Source of the DNA: Nocardioidaceae bacterium
Lineage (GTDB): Bacteria; Actinomycetota; Actinomycetes; Propionibacteriales; Nocardioidaceae
Length of the DNA: 54,324 nt
Assembly: GCA_033854915.1 (NCBI GenBank)
Contig: JAWWPM010000053.1
Coordinates: 1 to 54,324, forward strand
Direction of reading: 5' to 3'
Made by a program: the position numbers and the translations under genes
Notes under the pieces: model-generated
What the model was told of the DNA's origin: nothing
The model's database searches: none
What the model saw: only the letters and a program-made list of their open reading frames with translations
Shown here: piece after piece, positions 17,701-25,713 of the stretch
How positions within the stretch are numbered: the first letter of the stretch is position 1
Layout: each line of letters begins with the position of its first letter

Positions 17701-18777
17701 GCGCAGCCGGGAGCTGTCCTCGAGCTCGTCCCACCGGCTCGGCAGGTCGAGCACGGTGACGCCGTGCAGTCCGTCGGGCGGGATCACGTGGTTGCCGGGA
17801 GGGAGGACGCCGCCGTCGACCACGAAGAGGATGTGCGGGTTGGGAGGCCGCTCGTCGGCGCCGAAGCGCGGCCGCTCGGCGAGGTCGGGCGGCAGCAGGG
17901 CAGCCAGGTCGGTGAGGTTGGTCGAGACCATCCGCCGGGGTCCGACCGCGTCGGAGCCGTGCGCCGAGAGCGCGTGCGGCAGCCACTTCACCCAGTCCCA
18001 CTGGGCCAGCGTGTGCTCGGAGGCGAGCACCGCGATGGCGAGGTTCTCCGGCGACTGGAACGCCGCGGCCGAGCAGATCATCGCCCGGGCCAGCGATCGC
18101 GCCTCGTCCTCGTCGCCGCACAGCTCGATGCGGTCGAAGGCGCGCAGGTCGACCGAGGCCGGAAGGTTCGGCTGCACCCGGTGTACGGCGAGCAGACGGT
18201 GCAGCGCGGACGCGGCGGCCGGGTCGACCTGCTCGATGGGGGCCGAGTCGGGTGGCACGAGCTCGAGCGACAGCGGCTGGCTGCACACGCCGTACCGCAC
18301 CTGGAGGAACTGCGCGTCCGCGGCGCCGTTCTCCCACACCCGCGACCTCTCGTCGGCGAGGGCCGGCAGGGCGGAGGGGTCGGGGTGCAGCCAGAGCAGC
18401 GCGGCCCGCTGCTGGGCGGCGGCGTCGCGAGCGATCTTGCGCACCGTCCCGAGGTAGCGGAGGTACTCGGTGCGGGTGCCCGTGACCGTCTGCGCGCGCT
18501 GCTTCCGCTGCCGGTCGAGCTGCACGACGATGAAGCCGAGCGTGGCGAACAGGAACATCCCGGCCGCCAGGAAGCTGCGCCCCTGCCCACCGGGCACTGA
18601 GCTGCCCATGGTGGCCACCAGCACGATCGAGCCGAGGCTGCCCAGCATCGGGATGGCGTTCATCAGGACGCCGCTGGCGCCCTCCGCCTCCTCGATCTCG
18701 GGGGGTGCCTGGAGCACGATCTCACCGGTGGGCAGCTCGGGCTGCTCGGCCCGGCTGCCACGCAGGGTGGTGCTCAA
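14758..18777 (-). CDS. eccC: Type VII secretion FtsK/SpoIIIE ATPase EccC (EccCa+EccCb fused)
   Basis: Two N-terminal TMs; three Walker A motifs GATGSGKS, GGPRTGKS, GDGQSGKS; LDIKESAQQGMGPHG; HQVWLPPL; TTG start with ggag RBS. Confidence 0.95.
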   Translation of the reverse strand: MSTTLRGSRAEQPELPTGEIVLQAPPEIEEAEGASGVLMNAIPMLGSLGSIVLVATMGSSVPGGQGRSFLAAGMFLFATLGFIVVQLDRQRKQRAQTVTGTRTEYLRYLGTVRKIARDAAAQQRAALLWLHPDPSALPALADERSRVWENGAADAQFLQVRYGVCSQPLSLELVPPDSAPIEQVDPAAASALHRLLAVHRVQPNLPASVDLRAFDRIELCGDEDEARSLARAMICSAAAFQSPENLAIAVLASEHTLAQWDWVKWLPHALSAHGSDAVGPRRMVSTNLTDLAALLPPDLAERPRFGADERPPNPHILFVVDGGVLPPGNHVIPPDGLHGVTVLDLPSRWDELEDSSRLRLLFEDRAELADGRLPVTALRLRAAPVRAAADQCDLATAEALARRLAPLHVVTAGVEAEPAGAGEIKGPSDFMDLLGLGDVRRYDPSSAWRQRPARDRLRVPIGLGDGGGMIHLDIKESAQQGMGPHGLVIGATGSGKSEFLRTLVLGLALTHSPEQLNMVLVDFKGGATFAGMSAMPHVSAVITNLANELTLVDRMQDALSGEMVRRQELLRDAGNYASVRDYERARAAGEDLAPLPSLFIVVDEFSEMLSAKPEFIDLFVAIGRLGRSLGLHLLLASQRLEEGRLRGLESHLSYRVGLRTFSAQESRTVLGVPDAYELPPMPGLGFLKPDQSTLLRFKGAYVSGPPAGRTRSVVRDDAGVVQGILPWTITEVRLPEQPEADVVVDTGPEPRPASTGEQETLLDVAVGRMDGTGPAAHQVWLPPLDVPDTLDELMADLSDDPELGLVSHQWRALGGLTVPLGTVDRPREQRRDTLTVNLSGASGHVAVVGGPRTGKSTLLRTLVASLSLTTTPLESQFFVLDFGGGTFAGLGSLPHLAGLGTRSEPDVVRRILAEVTGIVDRREAYFRANGIDSIETYRSRRAQGRADDGYGDVFLVVDGWSTLRADFDDLELDLQQLASRGLTFGFHVVTASSRWADYRAAIRDLFGTRLELKLGDPMDSEIDRKLAILVPPGRPGRGLVPGKLHFLAALPRVDGEPDVTSLGDGVEDLVARVTEAWRGPTGPKLRLLPEKLTVPDLLGQSGEEALAGRRLLLGVNEKELAPIGLDADAEPHWLIFGDGQSGKSAALRAYVHEVMRTRTSKEAQIVVVDYRRSLLGEVPDDYLLNYLTSAAQATPTLADLASYLENRIPGPDVTPDQLRNRSWWTGAEVFIVVDDYDLVATQQSSPVQVLQPLLAQARDVGLHLAVARRSGGASRALYEPVIQALRDLAMPGLVLSGSPDEGNLIGNVRPMPAPAGRGRLVTRDRGVEVVQLAWREPSL

Positions 18778-18833
18778 CGCGTCTCCCAAGAACGATCGTG
18801 CAAGCTGTTGCGGCGATGATAGGCGGGCCTCTC

Positions 18834-18848
18834 GGGTAGGGACTACCC
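18834..18848. promoter_or_regulatory. Inverted repeat GGGTAG-gga-CTACCC in the divergent eccC/eccD-like intergenic region
   Basis: Back-to-back GGGTAG elements; the minus-strand copy has GATT 17 nt upstream. Confidence 0.4.
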
Positions 18849-18901
18849 TGCCGGGATCGGGGCGCAATCGGGGCGTGGCCGGGTACGACGAGGGGACCGC
18901 G

Positions 18902-20278
18902 ATGACGCAGGGACGCGTGCGGATGTCGGCCGACGTCCTGGCCGTCACCGTGCACGGGCCCGTGGGTGCCTTGGACCTGATGGTCCCGTCGGGCTCGGCG
19001 GTGACCGAGGTCGCGCGTGAGTACGCCGCCCAGGCCGGGCTCGCGTCGATCCCGCTGCTCTACACCCGCACCGGAGACCTGCTCCTCGCCTCGGCCACGC
19101 TCGCGGAGGCCGGGGTGCAGACGGGCAGCATCCTGGTGGCGACCACGGGCGTCTCCCGGCCGGCGCGAGCCACCCGTGCCGCACTGGCCGGCCGGAAGCC
19201 GCGGGCAGCCGGTGGCATCGGGCTGGAGCTGTGGTGCAGCCTCGCTGCCGCCACGGCCGTGCTGTCCGGGTGGTGCGCCGCGCACGTGAACGGTCGGGCC
19301 CACGTCGTGGCGGTCGCCGCGCTGTCCGCCACCGCCCTCCTCGGCCTGGTGCCCGCCGACCGCAGGTCCGGTCGCCAGGCGGTGCCCCGGGTGCTCGCCG
19401 CGCCGTGCTTCGCGGGTGCCGCGGGGTTCGCGTGGGCCTGGGACCCCGAGCCTGCCCGGCTGCCGATGGTGCTCGGGGTCGCCGCCGCGGCGACCGCCGC
19501 AGGCGCGGCCCTGGCCCGGGCCGGCGCCGCCCGGGCCGAGGCGCAGCTCCAGGTGGTCGTGATCGCCGGAGCCGTGGTCTTCGTGGTCACCGGTGCCCTG
19601 ACGCTGCTCGGCTGGGCGCCGCGAGCCGACTGGGCGATCCTGCTGGCGCTGGCCCTGTTGGGTGCGCGCTTCGTGCCCGGCCTGGCCGTCGACGTACCCG
19701 ACCAGTACCTCGTCGACTTCGAACGCCTGGCCGTCACGGCGTGGTCGGCGCGCGACCGTGGCCCACGACGCCGGGTCCGGTCGATCGTCCCGATCGTCGC
19801 GGTCGCCGACCTCGCCGACCGGGGCGCCCGGATGGTGGCCGCCTCGTGCGCCGCGATCCTGGTCGTCGCCGCCACGACCGCACCACTGCTGCTCTGGACC
19901 GCCGTGCTCCCGGTCGATCGGGTCGGTGCGCGGCTCGAGGTGCTCCTCGTCGGGGCCGGCCTGCTGCTGGCGGCGCGCAGCTACCGCCAGACCGCGGCCC
20001 GCATCCTGCTCCGCGCGGCGGGGATCGCCTGCTGGCTGAGCCTCGCGGTGTACCTCGCGCCGCGGCTCTCGTCCGGACAGCTGCTTGCCGTGTCGCTGGG
20101 CTCCGTCGCGCTCGGGCTGCTGGTCGTCCTCGCGGCGATGGCGACCGGTCGCGGGTGGAGATCGGCCTGGTGGTCGCGGCGCGCGGAGGTGGCCGAGGCC
20201 CTGTGCGGATCCTCCGCCCTGGCCGTGGTGCTGGTGGCCAGTGGGTTCTTCCGGCACCTGTGGGAATTGACGTCGTGA
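18902..20278 (+). CDS. Divergent EccD-like protein (YukD ubiquitin-like N-terminus + multiple TMs)
   Basis: LAVTVHGPVGALDLMVP...TLAEAGVQTGSIL; many hydrophobic helices; LLLAARSYR and RRAEVAE as in EccD C-termini. Confidence 0.75.
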   Translation: MTQGRVRMSADVLAVTVHGPVGALDLMVPSGSAVTEVAREYAAQAGLASIPLLYTRTGDLLLASATLAEAGVQTGSILVATTGVSRPARATRAALAGRKPRAAGGIGLELWCSLAAATAVLSGWCAAHVNGRAHVVAVAALSATALLGLVPADRRSGRQAVPRVLAAPCFAGAAGFAWAWDPEPARLPMVLGVAAAATAAGAALARAGAARAEAQLQVVVIAGAVVFVVTGALTLLGWAPRADWAILLALALLGARFVPGLAVDVPDQYLVDFERLAVTAWSARDRGPRRRVRSIVPIVAVADLADRGARMVAASCAAILVVAATTAPLLLWTAVLPVDRVGARLEVLLVGAGLLLAARSYRQTAARILLRAAGIACWLSLAVYLAPRLSSGQLLAVSLGSVALGLLVVLAAMATGRGWRSAWWSRRAEVAEALCGSSALAVVLVASGFFRHLWELTS

Positions 20279-20279
20279 T

Positions 20280-20304
20280 GTTTAGCACGGGGGGGTGCGG
20301 GTAG
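20280..20304 (+). promoter_or_regulatory. SigF/SigB-type promoter candidate GTTT-N15-GGGTAG upstream of the esx pair
   Basis: gttt-agcacgggggggtgc-gggtag, 100 nt before the esx ATG. Confidence 0.6.
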
Positions 20305-20403
20305 ACCTGCTCTGTCCGGCTCGGGCCGATCACCCGGAGGGCACCAACCGCACCATCAGCTCACGAGCGGCCGACCGGCCGCGATGAGAAAGGAGACGGC
20401 GAG

Positions 20404-20721
20404 ATGTCGTCCGCAAACGAAATGGGTCAGGGCCAGGGGACACTCTCGGCCGCCGCCGGGATGGTCACAGACGCCAAGCACGACTTCGACCGCCTCAACA
20501 CCGAGCTCGTCCAGCACATCGACGCCGCGAAGGCCAAGTGGTCCGGCCAGGGCGGTACGGCGTTCAACTCGCTGGGCCACGCGTGGTCGGAGAAGCAGCG
20601 CACCATCACCAACGCGCTCAACCAGTTCGAGGCCTCCCTGCGCTCGACCGAGAAGGACAACACCGGCACCGACGACACGCAGTCGTCCGCGTTCACCCGC
20701 AACCAGCAGCGCCTCGGCTGA
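20404..20721 (+). CDS. WXG100 family protein (EsxB/CFP-10-like)
   Basis: 105 aa, central WSG, strong RBS aaggag. Confidence 0.92.
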   Translation: MSSANEMGQGQGTLSAAAGMVTDAKHDFDRLNTELVQHIDAAKAKWSGQGGTAFNSLGHAWSEKQRTITNALNQFEASLRSTEKDNTGTDDTQSSAFTRNQQRLG

Positions 20722-20747
20722 GCGCGCCCGGACGACAGGAGAAGACG

Positions 20748-21044
20748 ATGGAACTCGACGGACTCAAGGTCAACCACGCCGGCCTCGACCAGGCCGCGGA
20801 CGACCTCATGGGCATCGTGAACAAGATCGACGCCCGCATGCAGAACCTCGAGCGTGAGCTCAACCCGCTTCGCGCGAACTGGGTCGGTGATGCCCAGCAG
20901 GCCTACACCGTGGCCAAGGCGCGCTGGGACGGCGCCATCAACGAGATGCGCGACCTCCTGCACAGCACCTCGCAGCAGGTCACGCAGTCGAACGCCGAGT
21001 ACCGCGCCGCCGACGCGCGCGGCGCGCGTTCGTTCGACATCTGA
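20748..21044 (+). CDS. WXG100 family protein (EsxA/ESAT-6-like)
   Basis: 98 aa, WVGDAQQAY, C-terminal YRAAD (YxxxD). Confidence 0.92.
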   Translation: MELDGLKVNHAGLDQAADDLMGIVNKIDARMQNLERELNPLRANWVGDAQQAYTVAKARWDGAINEMRDLLHSTSQQVTQSNAEYRAADARGARSFDI

Positions 21045-21137
21045 CCAGCCCTCGATGTCGGGGATCCAGCGGGGAGCGTGACCGGAGCGGTCGCGTTCCC
21101 CGCTGAGCCGGTGTCGGGGCACTTTTCGGGAGGAACG

Positions 21138-21593
21138 ATGGGCCTTTTCTCGCTCGACCAGATCGCGAACCTGGGGGTGGAGCTCAAGGAGCTCTACGTC
21201 GACGTGGAGCTGATCCACGACATCACCGCCGACCTCACCCACAACGAGGACGCCGTGCACGACTCCGGCTTCCAGAAGTACCACGTGAACCAGGCGGTGT
21301 TCGGTGAGTCGTCGCTGGGTGGCTCCCTCGGCTACCACCACAGCCTGGCCCACGCCAAGGTCTCCGACACCCTCGCCGCGGTGCTCCAGGACCTGCACAC
21401 CTTCCGGCTCGGGCTGCAGACGTTCGCCAAGTCGGTCGACACCGCCGACACCCAGAGCGCCGGCGACCTCGCCCGGCGGCACCAGGCGGTCGAGGAGCTC
21501 TCGCGGGCCGCCGGCTTCGAGCACACCCACCAGCGCAACGACTACTACCACCAGGGCCAGAGCCCGGCTGCGTCGGGAGGGACCCATGCCTAA
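21138..21593 (+). CDS. Small helical T7SS-associated protein (EspC/PE-like partner)
   Basis: 151 aa; helix-FG-helix pattern, VDTAD at the secretion-motif position; overlaps the next gene. Confidence 0.55.
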   Translation: MGLFSLDQIANLGVELKELYVDVELIHDITADLTHNEDAVHDSGFQKYHVNQAVFGESSLGGSLGYHHSLAHAKVSDTLAAVLQDLHTFRLGLQTFAKSVDTADTQSAGDLARRHQAVEELSRAAGFEHTHQRNDYYHQGQSPAASGGTHA

Positions 21594-22839
21594 GGGACCT
21601 CACGAGCTGCGCCTCGACACCTACGTCGCCAACGGCAACGCCGAGAACATCTCGTACTCCGCCCACATGTGGGAGCGGGGCCACACCGTCCTCAACAACC
21701 TCGCGGACGCACTCGAGAGCGCCAAGCCCCATCTGCTGAGCCGGTTCGGCCCGCAGACCGGTCCGGCCGCCGTGGCCGCCTTCGAAACGGTGGCCAAGAA
21801 CGTCCGGGCGCAGGCCGCGGAGATGAAGAAGGCGAGCGGCGCGCTGACCTCGGCCGGCAACGCGCTCGAGGACGCCCAGCACACGCACCGCGCCCTCGGC
21901 AACGCGCCCGCCTCGCCCCCGGCCGACCCGACCCGGAAGACCGGGGAGTCCGCCACCGACTTCCACACCCGCCAGCACTCCGCCAGCCAGGCGCAGTCGG
22001 GCTACGCCGCCGAGTACTCGGCGCGCGAGCGCCAGTCGCAGACCGCGATCACGACCGTGGACACCCACTACACGCAGGCGATCAAGGTGATGGAGAGCAT
22101 CCACGGCCAGCCCCCGTCGCAGACCGGCGGCGGCGGCGCCGGCGGTGGCGGCTCGATCCCGCACGGCTCGATCCCGGCCGGCGGTCACCACACCGCCACC
22201 CCGACCGTCACCGCCGTCGGCTGGGAGACCGGCTCGGGGCACCACCACACCCATGTCGACCCTCCGGTGGTCATCCCGACCGAGACGACGACCGACCCGG
22301 GGAGCGGCGGGGGTCCCGGCGGCGGTCCCGGCGACGGCAGCCCCTGGCCGCCGGACGGGCACCCGGGCCTGCCCCAGGGGCCCGGCGAGTACCCGCCGGG
22401 CGGCTACCCCCCCGGCGGAGGTCCGCCCGGCACCTACCCGCCCGGCGGTGGTCCGGGCGTCCCGCCCGGCGGCGTGCTGCCACCCGGCGCGCCCACCGGC
22501 CCCTCGTCGACGATGGTCGGCGGTCTGATGACCGGCGGACTGGTCGGCGGTGCCTCGGGGCTGAGCAACGCCCTGCGCGGCTCGGTGACGACCGCGGCGC
22601 TGACCGAGGAGGAGCTCCTCGCCTCGCGCAGCGGCGGCACCGGTGCCGGAGCGGCCGGTGCACGCGGCGCCGCGGCCGGGGCGACGGGCACCTCGCGTGG
22701 CAGCGGCGGTCGCGGCACCGGTGCCGGCGGTCGTGGCGACCGCGGCCGCAAGAAGAAGCGCAAGCCCGGCGTGGACGACTTCTATGACAACGACGACTGG
22801 CTCGACGAGGACGAAGCATCGCCGCCGGTCCTGCACTGA
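21586..22839 (+). CDS. EspB/PPE-like T7SS substrate with Pro/Gly-rich tail
   Basis: ~170-aa helical N-terminus, PPGG repeats, basic-then-acidic C-terminus ...DDWLDEDEASPPVLH. Confidence 0.65.
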   Translation: MPKGPHELRLDTYVANGNAENISYSAHMWERGHTVLNNLADALESAKPHLLSRFGPQTGPAAVAAFETVAKNVRAQAAEMKKASGALTSAGNALEDAQHTHRALGNAPASPPADPTRKTGESATDFHTRQHSASQAQSGYAAEYSARERQSQTAITTVDTHYTQAIKVMESIHGQPPSQTGGGGAGGGGSIPHGSIPAGGHHTATPTVTAVGWETGSGHHHTHVDPPVVIPTETTTDPGSGGGPGGGPGDGSPWPPDGHPGLPQGPGEYPPGGYPPGGGPPGTYPPGGGPGVPPGGVLPPGAPTGPSSTMVGGLMTGGLVGGASGLSNALRGSVTTAALTEEELLASRSGGTGAGAAGARGAAAGATGTSRGSGGRGTGAGGRGDRGRKKKRKPGVDDFYDNDDWLDEDEASPPVLH

Positions 22840-22847
22840 CCCCCAGG

Positions 22848-22910
22848 TCGGAGTCGCCCCGGCCGACTCCGAGGCCGCCCGGCCCGGGTCTCGCGACCCG
22901 GGCCGGGCGG
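22848..22910 (+). terminator. Two tandem GC-rich hairpins between substrate genes and eccD
   Basis: tcggagtcg/cgactccga (22848-22872) and 16-bp ccgcccggcccgggtc/gacccgggccgggcgg (22875-22910). Confidence 0.65.
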
Positions 22911-22951
22911 TACCATCTCAGCCGACTGATGACGATTTTCGGGGGTCATGC

Positions 22952-24304
22952 ATGAGCCAGGCGCCGTCCGGTGCATCCGGGCTGGTCCGCGTGACCGTCA
23001 CCTCCGGCACCCGTCGCGTCGACCTGGTCCTGCCCGGCGCGGTCCCGGTGGCCGAGCTGGTCCCCGAGCTCGCCCGCAGCGTCGGCCTTCTCGACGCGGT
23101 CACGGTGTACGGCGGTTACCGCCTCGTCACCCAGGACGGCCGGGCGCTGGCCACCGACTCCGGCCTGACGATCCAAGGGGTCGAGGACGGCGGCGTGATC
23201 ACCGTGGCCGCCGGTGTCGACGACGAGCCACCGCGGGTCTACGACGACGTCGTCGAGGCCATGACCGACGTCGTCGAGCGCGACCTCAGGCCGTGGGACG
23301 CGGCCGCGGGACGCCGTACCGCCCTGTGGGCGGCGGTCGCGCTGCTCGTCCTCGGCGCGGCGTCGCTGCTGATCCAGCACGGGTCCGACATCGCGGCTGC
23401 GGCCACCGTGGTCGTGGCGATCGTGCTGGTGCTCGGGGCGGTGGTCCTCTCGCGCGTGCAAGGGGAGACCGACGCGGCGGTCACCGTGGCCCTGGTCGGC
23501 TGCGGCTACGCCGCGGTGGCCGGGCTGATGCTGGCCTGGGGCACACCCTTCTTCGGTACGCCGGTCGCGGTCGCCGGCGGCGGCGCCCTCGTCGCAGGAC
23601 TCCTCGCCGCGCTCGGGCTCGGCCAAGGCCGCAGCCTGCTGCTGCCACCAGTGGTCGCCGGCGGGGTGTTCCTGGTGACGGGCCTGGTGATGCGCTCCTC
23701 GTCGTACGACGCGGCGGTGGTGCTCACCACCGTGCTCGCGCTCGTCGTCATCGCCGGCAGCGTCTTCCCCTGGCTGGCGCTGGGCGCGACCGGCACCAGT
23801 GTCGACCAGATCTTCTCGACCGCCGACATCACCAACGACCCCGACGAGATCGACCCCGAGCGGATCGGCGCCGACGCGCGGGTCGCCCACGAGATCCTGG
23901 TCGCCGTCTCGGCGACGGTCGGGCTGCTGCTGGTGCTGGTGTCACCGCTCGCGGTGTCGCTTGGGCTGGCCGGCACCATCGTCGCAGTGCTGGCGAGCGT
24001 GGTCGTGATGCTGCGCACGCGGCAGTACCGCACCGGCGCCGAGGTCCTGGTGGGGCTGGTCTCCGGTGTCCTCGGGCTGCTCGCCACCGCGCTCTCGGTG
24101 CTGTGGCTCCACCCGGGCTGGCGGCCCGGCGCGGCGGTCGCGCTGGCGGTGACCGGCGCCGTGCTCCTGGCCCTCACGCTGCTGCCCCAGGGCACCTCGG
24201 TCCGCCGCGGGCGGCTGGGTGACGTGGCCGAGAGCGTGGCACTCCTGGCCCTGCTGCCGGCGCTCGTGATCGCCACCGGTGTCTTCTCGGCCATCTCGGG
24301 CTGA
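22952..24304 (+). CDS. eccD: Type VII secretion membrane protein EccD
   Basis: VRVTVTSGTRRVDLVLP ubiquitin-like domain, PPRVYDDVVEA, ~11 TMs, MLRTRQY. Confidence 0.92.
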   Translation: MSQAPSGASGLVRVTVTSGTRRVDLVLPGAVPVAELVPELARSVGLLDAVTVYGGYRLVTQDGRALATDSGLTIQGVEDGGVITVAAGVDDEPPRVYDDVVEAMTDVVERDLRPWDAAAGRRTALWAAVALLVLGAASLLIQHGSDIAAAATVVVAIVLVLGAVVLSRVQGETDAAVTVALVGCGYAAVAGLMLAWGTPFFGTPVAVAGGGALVAGLLAALGLGQGRSLLLPPVVAGGVFLVTGLVMRSSSYDAAVVLTTVLALVVIAGSVFPWLALGATGTSVDQIFSTADITNDPDEIDPERIGADARVAHEILVAVSATVGLLLVLVSPLAVSLGLAGTIVAVLASVVVMLRTRQYRTGAEVLVGLVSGVLGLLATALSVLWLHPGWRPGAAVALAVTGAVLLALTLLPQGTSVRRGRLGDVAESVALLALLPALVIATGVFSAISG

Positions 24305-24309
24305 TCTCC

Positions 24310-25713
24310 GTGGCCACCAAGCGCGACCTGGTCGAGGCGCACTCCTTCAGCCGCCGGCGGCTCGTCACCGCCTTCGTGTCCGGGGCGCCCGGCGGCCGCG
24401 AGGTGGAGCCGGCTCGTCCGGGACGCACCATCGTCGGCGGCGTCGCGCTCGGGGTGCTGCTGATGGCCGGCGCCGCGGTCAGTGGGGTGCTGGCCGGCCG
24501 CACCGAGGTCGACTGGAACAACCCCGGCCTGATCATCAGCAAGGACAACGGCCAGCCCTACGTCATCACCCGCGCCAGCAGCCACCCCGTGCTCAACCCG
24601 GTCGTCAACATCACCTCGGCCCGGCTGATCATCGGCTCGTCCGCGCAGCCGGTGGTGGTGCCGGAGCAGACGATCCAGGACCAGACCATCGGCTCGGAGA
24701 TCGGCATCCTCGGCGCCCCGGCCACCGTCCCCGACACCGGCGGGCTCGTCGAGACCGGCTGGACCTCGTGCACCGCCGACGGCAAGGGGGTGCGGACCTA
24801 CGTCGCGGCCCAGCCCGAGGCGTCGTACGCCGATGGTGCGGGGTTCGTCGTCGAGTCCGGCGGGAGCCGCTGGTTGGTGGCGACCGCCGGCGGCGTCGGT
24901 GGTGGCTACCGCTACCCCCTGCCGGCGGTGGGGGGCGGCGCCCAGGACCGCTTCCTGCAGGCCGTGGGGCTCGGTGTCGGCAACGAGGCCGTGCGCGTGC
25001 CCGATGCCTGGCTCGGCCTGTGGCCCGCCGGCGGAGACCTGACCTGGCAGAGCTTCGGCATCCCGGCCGGTGCCTATGGCCGCCCGGTGTCCTACGGCCA
25101 GCAGATCCATGTGCCGCAGGCGCAGGTGGGCGATGTCGTCCAGGTCGGTGACACCGGCTACCTGCTCGCGCCCGCCGGCCCGGTCCGGCTGACGCCGTTC
25201 GCCCAGGCGGTCTACGAGGCAGACGGCCCGCCGGGCGGTGCATTCCACACCTGGCACCAGAGCACGATGGACAAGGACGCCGTGGTCAGTCCGTTCGCGG
25301 CGGCCGAGTGGCCGGCGGGGAGCCTGACCCCCGCCACCGGCGAGCTGTGCGCTGTGCTCCAGGCGGGCGCGGGTGCCCGGCCCGCGGTCGCCCTGGCGAC
25401 GGACCCCGGCCCCGAGGCATCGGCGAGCGAGGTCCGAGCCGGCCGGCGCGATGCCGGGGTCGCCCCTCGGGGCGGCGCCTACGTGCTCTCCGCCGACTTC
25501 ACCCAGGCCACGCGCGGGCTGCCGTTCCTGATCGACCTCAAGGGCAGCAGCCACCTGCTCGAGGGGGCGGCCGCCACCAACCTCGGGTACGCCGGTTTCC
25601 CGGCGCCGGTGGTGCCCGACACCTGGGTCAAGCTGTTCCCCACGGGCGCCGTGCTCTCGCCCACCCTGGCCCTGTGCGAGCCGGCGAGGACCACCGCCAA
25701 GGGCTGCCAGTGA
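24310..25713 (+). CDS. eccB: Type VII secretion protein EccB
   Basis: TKRDLVEAHSFSRRRL, single TM, PVVNITSARL, IGILGAP, WTSC. Confidence 0.92.
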   Translation: MATKRDLVEAHSFSRRRLVTAFVSGAPGGREVEPARPGRTIVGGVALGVLLMAGAAVSGVLAGRTEVDWNNPGLIISKDNGQPYVITRASSHPVLNPVVNITSARLIIGSSAQPVVVPEQTIQDQTIGSEIGILGAPATVPDTGGLVETGWTSCTADGKGVRTYVAAQPEASYADGAGFVVESGGSRWLVATAGGVGGGYRYPLPAVGGGAQDRFLQAVGLGVGNEAVRVPDAWLGLWPAGGDLTWQSFGIPAGAYGRPVSYGQQIHVPQAQVGDVVQVGDTGYLLAPAGPVRLTPFAQAVYEADGPPGGAFHTWHQSTMDKDAVVSPFAAAEWPAGSLTPATGELCAVLQAGAGARPAVALATDPGPEASASEVRAGRRDAGVAPRGGAYVLSADFTQATRGLPFLIDLKGSSHLLEGAAATNLGYAGFPAPVVPDTWVKLFPTGAVLSPTLALCEPARTTAKGCQ

